This document shows, piece by piece, positions 26,370 through 38,589 of a DNA stretch of 64,000 nt; the stretch's first letter is position 1; each line of letters begins with the position of its first letter. The position numbers and the translations under genes are program-made. The notes beneath the pieces were generated by a model, which had not been told where the DNA came from, did no database searches, and saw only the letters and a program-made list of their open reading frames with translations. Origin of the DNA: Lama glama (taxonomy: Eukaryota); the NCBI GenBank assembly GCA_028534125.1, contig CM052816.1, forward strand, positions 62,808,001 to 62,872,000, given 5' to 3'.

Positions 26370-27197
26370 ATAACATATCAATAATTCCTTTAAATGTAAA
26401 AGATTTAAATACACCAATGTAAAGAAAAGAGATTCTAGAGTGAATTTTAAAAATTACTCAACTATATACTTCTTAGAAGAAACTCAATTTGAATTTAAAT
26501 ATATAAGCACATTGAAAGTAAAATGATGGGAGAAGGTATACCATGCAACCATTAATTAAAAACAGGAGTGACTATATTAATATTTAATAAAGTACACTTA
26601 AAAGTCAGTAAAATACCAGAGTCAAAGAGGAATACTATATAAAGATAAAAAAGATCAAATCACTAGGAATACATAGTGATCCTAAATATGTTACGTACCA
26701 AATAACAGAGCCTTCAAATACATGAAGCAAAAACTTACAGATCTAAAAATAAAAATAGACAAATTCATAATTGTGTAACTGAGGACTTCAACAGTCTCCT
26801 CTCAACTGTTGATAGAATGACTAGTCAGAAAATCAGAAAAGATGCAGAAGATCTGAATACAACCAACCTACAGGATCCGATAAACATAAATAGAACATGC
26901 CACCCAGGAACAGCAGAGTGTTCACCAAGATACATCAAATTCTAGGCTATGAAACACACCTTAACAAGTTTAAAAGAATTGAAATCACATGGGGTGTGTT
27001 CTCTGACTGTAGTGGTATTAAACTATAAATCACTAACAAAGACAATAGGAAGACTTCAAACCATATGGAAAGTTCCTAACTTAAGACCCTAGAAAAAGAA
27101 AATGAAAATAAACTCAGAGTAAACAGAAGGAAGACAATAGTAAACATAATAGCAGAAATCTTTGAAACTGAAAATAGGAATATAATAGAGATAATCA
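26370..27197 (+). mobile_element. Old LINE-1 ORF2 endonuclease-domain fragment
   Basis: 'atatcaataattcctttaaatgtaaaagatttaaatacacca' (SII.LNV..LNTP), 'ttagaagaaactcaattt' (LQETHF-like), 'gaggacttcaac' (GDFN-like), 'ttctctgactgtagtgg' (SDH-like). Confidence 0.85.
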
Positions 27198-27209
27198 GTG
27201 AAAAAGACC

Positions 27210-27875
27210 CTAACCCTTCCTCTTTCCAGAGATAATCACGTTTTCTGTGATTCTTTCAGATATATTCTTAACGTACACAAAGTATTTACACAGAGAGACA
27301 CATGTGCTTACACAAATGGGATCGTACTGGATACCTTGTTCTGTAACATACTCTTTAATAGCTCATTTTTCTCAACACATATGGATGACCTCATTTTTTT
27401 TTTATTCTGGACGCTGAGTATTCCAGTGAATTTATATAATTGGTCCTTTATTAATGAACTTTTTCCAGCTTTAATGAGATATAATGGATATATAACCTTG
27501 AATATGTTTGAGTGTAGAATATGATGATTTGACCCATGTATATATTGGGAAATGATTACCACAATAAGTTTAGCTAATGCATCCATCACCTCACATAGTT
27601 ACTGTGTGTGTGTGTGGGTGTTGAAAACATTTAAGATCTACTCTCTTAACAACTTTTGAGTGTACATTGCAGTGTTGTTAACTATAGTCCTTATGCTATA
27701 CATTAGTATTGATGAAAATTTATGTTGTTTCCAGATTTTTGTTATTAGAACTAATGCTGTAGTAAATACCATTGCACCTGTGTGTCTTTGAATTTGAGCA
27801 TGGAGCATCTTTGTACCTGGAGTTGAAATCACTCTGAGTAGTAAACATATTGATTGATACAGACTTTCAAATGGA
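27210..27875 (-). mobile_element. L1ME-like 3' fragment with a nested L1MA-type 3'UTR (27459-27706)
   Basis: The inner element starts 'tttttccagctttaatgagatataa' and is flanked by tattaatgaa (27449-27458) and tattgatgaa (27707-27716). Host L1ME-like sequence resumes after it. Confidence 0.75.
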
Positions 27876-27893
27876 TTATAAAAATTTCCTTGT

Positions 27894-29241
27894 GAGAAGT
27901 GGGATTAAGATGGCAGAGTAGAAAGACCCTGAGCTCTCCTCTCCCCATGAACACATCAAAACTACAGTTATATATGGAGCAACTCACTGAGAATGACCTG
28001 AAGACTAACAGAATGGCACTTCTACATCCAGGGCTATAAAGAAAGAACTGTGCAGAGTCTGGTAGGAGGGACGAGAGGAGAAGCAGTCCAGTCAGAATCC
28101 ACACCCCTGCTATGCCAGAAGAGGAGAGGGAAATCACAGGCCTGGGGGTCCTCCCTCAAGAGCAAGGGGTTTGAGCCCCACATCAGGCACCCCGTCCTGG
28201 AGTGTAGCACTGGAACTGTGGTCTCCCTTAGCTGGTTTGAACACCAGTGGGGCTTGCTGGAGCCTATAAGAAAATGAGACTCCACTTTTGAAGAGCATAT
28301 ACACAGACTTGCTCCCAGTTTCAGTAAAGAGGCAGCAGGTTGAAAACTGCCTAGTGCTCTAGCCAGCCTGCCAGGATCATCACAGCACACTCCCCAGCCT
28401 GCACCAGGCTCCTGCTCCAGCCCTTGCTGCTCTGGCACTGCTCCCAGCTAAGGCAGAGGCTGTCATTGCATGCATGCACTGGGAAAAATGTGGAGCTAGA
28501 TCTAGAAGTAAGGCTCCAAACTCTTGGACCAAAACACTATCTCTAACCAAGGCAGAGACCATTATTACCATTATGTACATATCAAGGAAGGAGCAGAGCC
28601 AGCTCAGAAATGCTAGTCCAATCCCTAAGGACCTGACCATGTACCCAAGGAAAGGAGAGATGGCCACCAAACAGGGGAGAAGCCCAACTCCCTCAGGGCT
28701 TCTACTTAAGACCCCCAAGGTATAGCCTCATCTCTTAATAGGGCAGCAACTGCCAATGAGCACAGAAGGCCTGGTTGCACCTGTCTCTGGTTCCAGACCC
28801 TCCACTTCCAGCCCTACCTCCTACCAAAACTCTGGCTGCCAGTGCATCCTGGAAGAAGATGTGGCCCGTGCTCATGTCAGAGCCAGCTCTCCCACCAAGT
28901 ACACTGGGACATGCAGACTGAATAGGGAAGCTCCCACACAAGGAAATGCCTTCAATACTGAGACAGGTAACTCTTACGCATAATTTCATAGATACATCCA
29001 GAGAGAGCCAAACAGAATGAGAATATAGAGGAATAAACAAACAAAAGAACAAGGTAAAACCCCAGGGGGAAAAAATCCTTAAGAAATGGAAATGATTTAC
29101 CTGATAAAGAGTTCAAAACAGTAGTAACAAAAGTGCTCACTGAACCTGGGAAACTTAGAGGAATACAGTGAGAACTTCAACAAACACCTAGAAAATATTT
29201 TTTAAAAAATTAAAAATAAGCAGAGCTGAAGAATACAATAG
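27894..29241 (+). mobile_element. LINE-1 5' end: 5'UTR and start of ORF1, 3'-truncated
   Basis: Begins 'gagaagtgggattaagatggcagagtagaaagaccctgagctctcctctccccatgaacac' (L1 5' terminus with YY1-like aagatggc). ORF1 start motifs 'ttacctgataaagagttcaaa' (LPDKEFK) and 'gagctgaagaatacaata'. Confidence 0.88.
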
Positions 29242-29850
29242 CAAAGATAGCTTTAGTGCAATTTCTGATTAAAGCTTTGATATCACACCTTTGTTGAAAC
29301 TAGAAAAAGAAAACACCTTGTTTCTTCAATTCCTCCTGAACAATGCTACGTCAGGGGATAGGTGATAGGCATCATGTAAAATTAAAAAAGTAGCTGGATG
29401 AAATTGATTAGAGTTTTTGTTATCAGACTTGTCTCCATGCTTTATAATACCATGTCTTTCATAGGTTTTCTGATGATGATCATCTGAGGCAATTTTAATA
29501 TGTGAAATTTTTATGTAAGAGGTTTTTTTTTAAAATCACTTCTTAGCTGTGCTTTTTGGTCTTAAGTCCTTACTCAGAGAGTGGTTTCGATGAACTGATT
29601 GTATGTCACAATTTACAGTCCCCATAGCTGTTTTACAATCTATTCTAAAGGAGAGATTCAGGTGTACCAACAAGAGGCTATATACAAAACATCAGGCTAT
29701 CCATCTTCTAAATTATTTTTTCTATTCATTTTTGAGTCATCCAAGAACAGGAGTTGTGAATATCTATTGAACATGAGAGCATGGTATTGAGATTAGAGCG
29801 AAGTAAACATATGATTTTACATCACAGCGGTAATCCTGAGAGCTACTTTT

Positions 29851-29912
29851 GGAGGGAGAGTGAGAGAGAGAATGAGAGAAAGAGAGAAGGAAGGAGAGAG
29901 AGCAAGAGATAG
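29851..29912. repeat. GA-rich low-complexity tract
   Basis: Imperfect (GA)n purine run. Confidence 0.8.
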
Positions 29913-30899
29913 ACTGATGGATTAGACTGATTGATTTTCAAGACTTTGGCTGGCAATCAGAGTAATGCTGTAGAAATCAATGTCAAGACAGAACAGGAAA
30001 AGGACACCTAGGTGATTCAGTCTCTTCTTCCCACCATCAAAGCCTTCAATCACACACCATCTCCAAACATATTCAAATGTCATCCTAGAGATGATCTTAG
30101 AGAAGTTATAGACAATTTGGGGAAATTCTAGTTAAAAGAACAAAACATTAAAGGACTGTTTAGATGAGTCTTAGACTGAGGTTACTAAATTACAGTAAAA
30201 TGTATTTGTTTTCCTCCTTACTTCCTTCCCACAAGTACATAGGGGTTTGTGAGCTTAGCTATATTTTCTCTGTACATCTGAATATCGTGGATATCATTCT
30301 GTAACCCCACCTCTTCATGAACATTTGGTTAGTGTTTTTGTTTTCTGTTATTAGTGTGTGATCTTCCAGATGCTGTGAGCTAGGCTTTAAAAGTACTTTC
30401 TGGCAATATGATTTTCATTGTACAGATTCTGAATCATAATTCTGTTAAGTAAATTTCCTTCAAGTCATTTGAAAGTGTGCCAGTGTGAAGTTAATGTGCA
30501 CCTATCCTAAACCCTCCTTGAGGAGTGATGTCTAAGAGTGAATAGAGAAAGCACTTAATAAAAGATGATAGAGTCTATTGAAAGTCAATAAAAGTCAAAA
30601 ATTTGCTCAAATTCCATTTCATAAAATTTTGAGCTTAAATAGTTTATAAATGTTTCAGCACTTCAGCTGGAGATGAGCATAACTGACTGACTTAAATTTT
30701 CTTTCATTCTGATTTTTAACCACTTTATACTAAAGAAAAAGGCCTTTCACTTTCAGAATGAAAAGTCATAAGAATCTGGAAATTTTATAGAGATACTTCC
30801 TTTGGCTTAAATGACTATTTTTTATTATATAACATAGGTCATTTGTGATTGATTATGGCTGGGGCATTGGGATCATACTAACAAGACAGTGATTTTATG

Positions 30900-31115
30900 A
30901 ATACATACATATTCATTACATGTTATAAAAAGGAATATAGAATTGTATATATAACATGGCACCAACTATACAAAATGTCTGAAAAGAATCTTCAAATGTT
31001 AAGCACTGTCTCTAAATTATAGAATTATGAGTGATTTTAGAATAGTCTTTACACAGTTTTGTAGTTTCCAAAAATTTTATAATGACCGCTTACTATTTTG
31101 GTATATAGAAAAATG
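30900..31115 (+). mobile_element. Ancient L1ME/L1MC 3'UTR end
   Basis: 'aaatgttaagcactgtctctaaattatagaattatgagtgatttt...ttccaaaaattttataatgaccgcttactattttg'. Confidence 0.55.
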
Positions 31116-31714
31116 TTAAGACAAATAGCCATTTGCAAAATTAGACATTAATCTCTTCCTTATTGCATTATTTTGTAATAGCAGCTCTGATCTGTTTTTG
31201 TTGCTTTACAAATCTCATTTCAAACTTCCTTGAAACTACCAGGTGACAGATTTTCTCTAGTTTCTGTGTAAATGTTTATAAGGATAATACTGGAGTATAT
31301 TTCTTTAAATTGACTTGTCAGCATTTTCATTGCTTGCCATTATGAGTCTGATAACATTAGGGATGGGAAAATAGGCAGAAGTCAGAGTTATAGAGGGCCA
31401 CCTCTATTTTTCTCAAGTATATGCATTATTTGTATTAAGTTGTTACAATGGAAAATGGAGCAAAAGTAATGCTCTTCAACTAAACTATTCTTTGTTATCT
31501 TACTTTTTGAGAGTCAATAAATTTTTCCTTAAACACAAACAAACAAAAAACTGAGTGCAGCTTAAATAGAGAATAGCTATTCAACAATGCTTTATTCCCA
31601 TTTTAAAATCTTCAGATTTCTCTTGTGTTGCTTGAATGAGTCCTAGTCCACAGAATTTTTGCTATTAAATCTATATTTCAACTAAGTTTAGTATTTCCAA
31701 TCCCATTCATTTTT

Positions 31715-32584
31715 TTTCTCTGTGATTTATCATAACATTTTGTGTATATTTCCCTGTGCTATACAGTGTAATCTTGTTTATCTATTCTACAATTTTGAAA
31801 TTCCAGTCTATCCCTTCCCACCTCTACCCCCCCCCCGGTAACCACAAGTCTGTATTCTGTGTCCATGAGTCTATTTCTGTCCTGTNNNNNNNNNNNNNNN
31901 NNNNNNNNNNNNNNNNNNNNNNNNNNNNNNNNNNNNNNNNNNNNNNNNNNNNNNNNNNNNNNNNNNNNNNNNNNNNNNNNNNNNNNNNNNNNNNNNNNNN
32001 NNNNNNNNNNNNNNNNNNNNNNNNNNNNNNNNNNNNNNNNNNNNNNNNNNNNNNNNNNNNNNNNNNNNNNNNNNNNNNNNNNNNNNNNNNNNNNNNNNNN
32101 NNNNNNNNNNNNNNNNNNNNNNNNNNNNNNNNNNNNNNNNNNNNNNNNNNNNNNNNNNNNNNNNNNNNNNNNNNNNNNNNNNNNNNNNNNNNNNNNNNNN
32201 NNNNNNNNNNNNNNNNNNNNNNNNNNNNNNNNNNNNNNNNNNNNNNNNNNNNNNNNNNNNNNNNNNNNNNNNNNNNNNNNNNNNNNNNNNNNNNNNNNNN
32301 NNNNNNNNNNNNNNNNNNNNNNNNNNNNNNNNNNNNNNNNNNNNNNNNNNNNNNNNNNNNNNNNNNNNNNNNNNNNNNNNNNNNNCTCCACAGCCTCTCC
32401 AGCATTTGTCATTTTTGGATTTTTGAATGACGGCCATTCTGACTGGTGTGAGGTGATACCTCATTGTAGTTTTGATTTGCATTTCTCTGATAATTAGTGA
32501 TATTGAACATTTTTTCATGTGTTTTTTGATCATTTGTATGTCTTCCTTGGAGAGTTGCTTGTTTAGGTCTTCTGCCCATTTTTG
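31715..32584 (-). mobile_element. Young lineage-specific L1 (ORF2 C-terminus plus partial 3'UTR) with perfect TSD, gap inside
   Basis: Uninterrupted [49 protein letters not shown]...KCWRGCG. TSD tccaatcccattcattttt at 31696-31714 and 32585-32603. Confidence 0.93.
31886..32385. other. Assembly gap, 500 N
   Basis: Run of N. Confidence 1.
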
Positions 32585-33541
32585 TCCAATCCCATTCATT
32601 TTTGATTAAAGTGACTTTTAGAGAGAATCCAAAAGCATACCTTTCTCAACGAGTGTGATTAAGCTTTTCATTATTTGTTATCCGAACACTTGAAGTTCCA
32701 CCAATGTCGCAGAGTAGAAATATTTTCAGCTTTTTTTAAAAATCCATAAGCTTATTTCTCAATGACTCTGAAGACTATGCAGTTTTTGAGTTGACAGCCC
32801 AGAATAGTGAAATGACTTCCTAAACTTACTAACGTATCTTCTTTTCTTTTAGTCATTTTAGCTAGTGACAATTTGATAAATGAAACTTGATAATAGGTAT
32901 TATCTACATGAATCCCTCTTGCTTAAGTGTTTCCTTTCCTACTTTACTCAGTTTAAACTCATAAATGACACATTTGAGCAACAAATCTTTAGCTAAGCAT
33001 TTCTCATGCTTTTGAATTGTATTACACTCTTGAAAATATGAAGCTTGCAGATCACAGGAAAATGTGAAAATCATAAATGAAAAAAGTATAAACTTATGCA
33101 CTTATATAAACAAATCCCCGTTAAAAGTAGACCATGTTTCCTTTGCAGAGATATTGCACTGGAGTCCAATTTAAATCTTACAAAGGACTTTTATCTTTCA
33201 GGATTATGAAACCTACCTCTTCTACCCATCCTCTTAAGGCTACAGAAACTAATTATGGCATGTAGAGGGGAGGAAGAGTAAGAATAAGAAAAAGTAAGAC
33301 TTGTAGATTTCCCTTCCATATTCCTGCTTTTGGAAAATCATTTTATTTTACTGCCAGCTGAAAAGGTAATTTCCAGAGATTATGAATTTATTTCTTAACC
33401 TAAAGCATTAACACTATCAAGCCAGCAAATGATTAAAAAAAATTGTTAGTTTTAATTTACTTACTGCTTTGTCTTCTTTGTAAGGCTCTTTAATACTTAG
33501 TACTTGCCAAGCCTCAGATCTGTCTATTTGCTCTTATTCTT

Positions 33542-33583
33542 TTTTTTAACATTTTTTATTGATTTATAATCATTTTACAATGT
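33542..33583 (-). mobile_element. 42-bp L1 3' tip insertion with 17-bp TSD
   Basis: The insert matches the start of the 18313 element. TSD tatttgctcttattctt at 33525-33541 and 33584-33600. Confidence 0.88.
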
Positions 33584-34009
33584 TATTTGCTCTTATTCTT
33601 GATGCTAGCTCATTTGCTTTTATTTGCAACAACCATGAAATCAATGGCTGCAGCTCTGATATTATTCATGGCTCCACCTACAATTCAAATCCCTCATCCT
33701 TATTGATATTTCAGTTGCACTTAGATACACATTACAGGAAGATTAATATTTTTAAAACTAAGCTATGAAATGTTTCTTCTCACAGCTACTACTCTTTAAT
33801 TTCCTTATCCCTGCAGTGTATTGTTAACATCTTCCAATTTTCCTATAGTCATAGCTGTTCTTTGTGTGTTCTCCCCTTTGGACAGGATTATTCTTTTTGG
33901 AATGGTGGTCTCTGCTCAATGTAGCCTGCCTTTTTAGAGGACATGAGAATGTCTTTTGGAAAAGTTATTCTACAATATAGCTCTCTACCAGAGGAATTAC
34001 TGATGTGTG

Positions 34010-34255
34010 TTCTTTGAATAAGTAGTTGAGTGCCTAATGTGTGCCAGATACTCCGCTAGTTCTAGGTAGGTCAGAGTAAAAGGCATGATAAATCCAGAAT
34101 CTTACCTTCTTAGGCTATATATAACCTAAAGGAGATATTAATACATACACACGTGCTTGCAAACTTTGATAAGAGCCATGAAGAAAATGTGTAGGGGACA
34201 AGAAGGATGAATACCATAGGAGTAAAAATTAGATTTTTAGGTCAGTAAATATTTC
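34010..34255 (-). mobile_element. L2 3' end fragment
   Basis: 'aataagtagttgagtgcctaatgtgtgccagatactccgctagttctagg'. Confidence 0.7.
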
Positions 34256-35013
34256 TGTCTCCAAATTCCTACAGCTCTGTACCATATCTCTGTACTTCCT
34301 GCATTGCTTGATGATTTTCTGATATTGCAGTTTTTTTTTCTTGCATGTCCAAAAATCTTGGCTTCTGTATTTGTAAACAAAGATCAGTTGAATGGTCTCT
34401 TAACATAAAGCTCACTTTTTCAGAAATCAATTTGGGTAGAGGGTTTTTTCAGCATGAGTGCAGGTTATGTACATGAGTGCAGTACATGTACAACAATTTG
34501 ACTCATATCCATCCTAGAATTATTTTCACCTGTCACTGTTGGAGTGACAGGCCATTAAATAATAGTGTGCAGCACTTTCTTCCCTTCCTGATAATGGATT
34601 TCCTTCTTGCTTCCTGAGGTTGGGCTCAGAATATCTGGGATTTCCTGGAGCATGTGTATGATGTGCAGGGGTTACTGAATGGCTCATGTACATTTAATGA
34701 GGACATGTTGAGTGTCAAGAACAGATTAACTTTGAGATATTTGACAGCTAAAAGAAATGTTTTTGTATAAAAAAGTGCTAATTACCTTATCCTAATTCAG
34801 ACAATAACAAAATTACAACTTGATATCTCAGAAATAGTACCAGTAGGAGGAGAATCAAAATCTAAATGCAGTGTCAGTGGGACAGCATTTTTGTCTCAAG
34901 TTGTATGTGACTTCATTTATGACTTGTCTTAGTTTTTGCATTTGTAAAATAGAGATGAAAACATATTCTTTACTCATTACTTATTCTCATTACTTTACTT
35001 AAATTACTTTTTC

Positions 35014-35359
35014 AAATGTTTCATCTTATTTGTATCTGATTCAGAGATGAGCTCTTACCCTCATTTTTAATCTCATAAAATCCTTTATTCCCTCAAAAAA
35101 GATCAATTTTTCTTCTATGAATTTCCTTCTCCATTGTATTTCCCACATTACTATTTGATTTTTCACCTGCTATATATCTTTGCCTGTTGAATAGGGGACA
35201 AACTTAATTGATACTCCTTCCCCAACAAAAGCTAAATTTCACAACATAACGTGTTTAATAATTCAATCCTTTTTAAATGATTTGCGATGCTTCCTTTATC
35301 ACTTACTGAGATTTTATATATACTGTGATCTGTTATAAAGCTATCTGGTCCATTGATCT
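35014..35359 (+). repeat. Local direct repeat, copy 1 (copy 2 at 36971-37313)
   Basis: By-eye alignment from 'catcttatttgtatctgattc' to 'ccattgatct'. Confidence 0.95.
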
Positions 35360-35931
35360 ATTTACTTTACAATAGTAGCAAGGATCTTAGCATTTTGTGA
35401 AGTTTCTAACAGAATTTTAAAAAATAATTAATTATAGTGCTTTATGAAATTGGAGTAAGGGTTTGTTTTGGCCTATTTAGAGAAAAGGATATAAAAGTGG
35501 AAGGATCTTTATAGTCCAGTGCACTACACCCACAGGGTGGCTGAGCAACTGAACACAATCCTGAAGTATCTTAAAGCAGATGTTGTGTCTATGATAGTAT
35601 GTATAAACTGTTAGAACTTGCTTTCAGCATTTTACAGTTGAAACGTGATCATCTAGACAAGTAAAACATTTGTTTCAAGTAAGTAGCAGAAACAACAGGT
35701 CCTCCAGTGTTGAGTATTGTGCTTTCTGTCTATAAATAACTAATGGGTTTTGACCCACAGTCTCTCTCTATATACAGATTCCTGCCTAGCTTGTTACACG
35801 GTCTAGAGCTTAATTTCTACATCTCTGCTCCTACGTAAATTCACATGGCCATACATACACACTTAAGTACAAACACACTACTACCCTTGATCAAGTTAAA
35901 ATCCATTCATACAGGGCAGTTGATTCTCAGA

Positions 35932-36286
35932 CAGTGGATTTGAGGATATTTTGACTGATCCACAACAGAAAATGCATTTCACATTGGGAACCTAGCAGAG
36001 GTATGCAAGTGCACAATTATCCGTGTGTGTGTGTGCGCGCACGTGCGCACGCCCTGTGTAGGATATAGACTATAACCAAATGTATCACCCTTTATAAGAG
36101 TACATTTTACTTTCACAAATAGTACATCTTACCTATCAGTGATACATTCAAATATAGTCTATTATATTTTTATCTTCCTTGTTTGTGTTCTACTTAATTT
36201 TTAAAAACTTGCTGGTTGAAATTCACCATATTTTAAGGACTTCATAATCCACTAGTGGGTTTTGACCTACAGTTTGGAAAACATTG
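35932..36286. mobile_element. hAT-Charlie non-autonomous DNA transposon (Charlie18a-like)
   Basis: Termini 'cagtggattt...' and '...cataatccactagtgggttttgacctacagtttggaaaacattg', with an internal dinucleotide tract. Confidence 0.65.
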
Positions 36287-36970
36287 ATTTAGGAAGTGGT
36301 TATCAAGTATCCAAGTGAACATTTCATCAAGAATGTTGCTTTCTGTTATGTTCTGTAAAGTTACTTGGACTCCTGCCTTACAAAAGCACACAGTGTTTTG
36401 ACCAAACTCTGCATGTTCCACATTCAAGTAAGAGTAAGGGATAAAGTTTCTGCTTGCTGAAAGTGGGTTAGTTCTTTCCTGCACTCATTACATTTGTCCT
36501 TTTTTTTTTTTTTTGCTCCATTTCCAATCAATGCCTTATATGTTCACAGTTTATTTTTTAGCTCAAAATAAAGGCTAAAAAGGAATGCTGCTCAGGAATG
36601 ACAAGTATCATATTAAAGAAAGTTCTTTGAAGTGTTTATGACCACCAGCAGCAGCATAAAAATAATTTGCACATTTTCTGTAATGCGAAAACTTTGAGGC
36701 ATCCTCAGCTTTCTTGAATAAAAATAATTGTTTTAATTTTTAAAAACTTTAAAATAAAACTGGGCTGAATAACTGCTTAGTCAGATTCCTTCTCTTTCAG
36801 CTGCCATTTGTTCTACCTCCATTTTGTCTTGCCATTTTCACTTAATCTGTCCAAATGAGAACCTGTATTTCATGAGTTTCTACCTTTCAATGAATCTTTG
36901 TAGGCAGCTAAGCAGATAAGGCCAAGGTGATAAGTGCAGTCAGGATTTTTCAGTTTTGTTAGTTCTATAA

Positions 36971-37313
36971 AAATGTGCCATCTTATTTGTATCTGATTCA
37001 TAGATGAGTCTTACCCTCATTTTTAATCTTATAAAATCCTTTATTCCCTCAAAAAGATCCATTTTTCTTCTATTAATTTCCTTCTCCATTGTATTTCCCA
37101 CATTACTATTTGATTTCATCCGCTATGTATCTTTGCCTGTTGAATAGGGGACAAACTTAATTGATATTCCTTCTTAACAAAAGCTAAGTAATTTTTCCAG
37201 CATATGTTTAAGAAGTCAATCCTTTTTAAATGATTTATGATGCCTCCTTTATCACATATTAATATTTTTGTATATACTACAATCTGTTATAAAGCTGTCC
37301 ATTCCATTGATCT
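36971..37313 (+). repeat. Local direct repeat, copy 2; includes ancient antisense L1ME-like sequence
   Basis: Aligns to 35014-35359. 'tgatttatgatgcctcctttatcacatatt' resembles antisense L1ME. Confidence 0.95.
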
Positions 37314-37469
37314 CTTCATTTTTGTACCAATACTAAATAATAGTGATTATTGAAAATGTGATTAAATATTTGGTAGGCAAGTGCTTGTCTAGTTGTCTAT
37401 TTTCTTACGCTAGTATTTATTAGAAGAAAAAAATTGCAACCAACTAATTTTTATTAATTCAACTCATTC

Positions 37470-37770
37470 ATTAACGAGCATTGTTCAGACATTCATCTTG
37501 CAAAACTAAAACTCTGTACCTATTAAATAATAACATCTCATTCCCCCAGCCGACGACAACCACCATTCTAATTTCTGTCTTTATAAATTTGATTACTCTA
37601 GGTTCCTCACAGTAATAGGAATTATACGATATTGTCCTTTTATGACTGGCTTATTTTGCTTGTGTGATGTCTTTAAGGTTCATCTATGATGTGTCAGAAT
37701 TTCCTCCATTTTTATGGCTTATTATGATCCCATTATATGTATGTATGTGTATGTGTGTATATATACACAC
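37470..37770 (-). mobile_element. L1MB-like 3'UTR fragment
   Basis: 'catcttgcaaaactaaaactctgtacctattaaa...caaccaccattctaatttctgtct...tgactggcttatt'. Confidence 0.8.
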
Positions 37771-38589
37771 GTAGTCTGTTAATCCTCCACCTATTTTTAA
37801 CATATCTTTTTGCAGGACACAAACTCCTAACACTTACGAAGGCAAGAACCATGTCTGTTGTGTATAATATTTTATTTACATTATCTTGCCTCTGTTCAAA
37901 AGTAGTTGCTCAAAAAGTAATTTAAGTAGAGTAATGAATATAGTAGATTTAAGTATGAGAATGTTATGTAGGAAAGACATGAGCAAAGCTATGATTGGGA
38001 GGGGGATGGATAATGGCCACTATTACACTGGAGTCAACACTCTCCGAAGGAGAAAGGTCAGTGGAAGAGCTGGGTTTGCTTTGATGGAGAATCACAGGTT
38101 TATAGTATGTAAGATTAGTTTGTTCTTTCATCTTTATTTCTGCAAAAGTCAAAACAAAGAGGAAAAATTGTAGCATCACAGTATGAGGGTATGATTTGTT
38201 GTAGCTTGTAAGATACCTTTTATTTATTTCAATAAAATACCACTCATGCTGATGCATAAACATTACAAAGGTCAGTATACAAAACTGTCATTAATTTATT
38301 TATACCAACTCGTAATTACTGTACCAGTTAGTCTAAAGGGGAAAAATGTCACCATTTAAATAGAGGAAATTCAAAAGTTGAAACAGTCATAGAAACAGAA
38401 AATTCTGTCCTTAACTTCTACAGTTTAATCAGATATACAGCCAATATCAGGTTACTTTAATTTCTGTGTATATATATGTGTGTATATATGTCTATCTATA
38501 TATAGATATATACTGTACCCACATTTATATATTTTATGTAGTCTGTTTTGTTCTTCATGCATCTAGATAGATGCTTATCAACTGAATCG

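Noticed and set aside
31886..32385. Possible false gap like the one at 11027
   Set aside because: The flanks are not duplicated, and the equivalent landmarks in the L1 at ~53645 and ~54120 are about 475 bp apart. Roughly 500 bp of L1 is plausibly missing.
31756..32599. Long ORFs of 193-242 aa
   Set aside because: They span the second N gap. The real residues are L1 ORF2 C-terminus and 3'UTR.
35014..37313. LTR retrotransposon bounded by paired LTRs
   Set aside because: The repeats lack TG...CA ends, PBS/PPT and TSD, the interior has no gag/pol, and the unit includes L1ME-like sequence.
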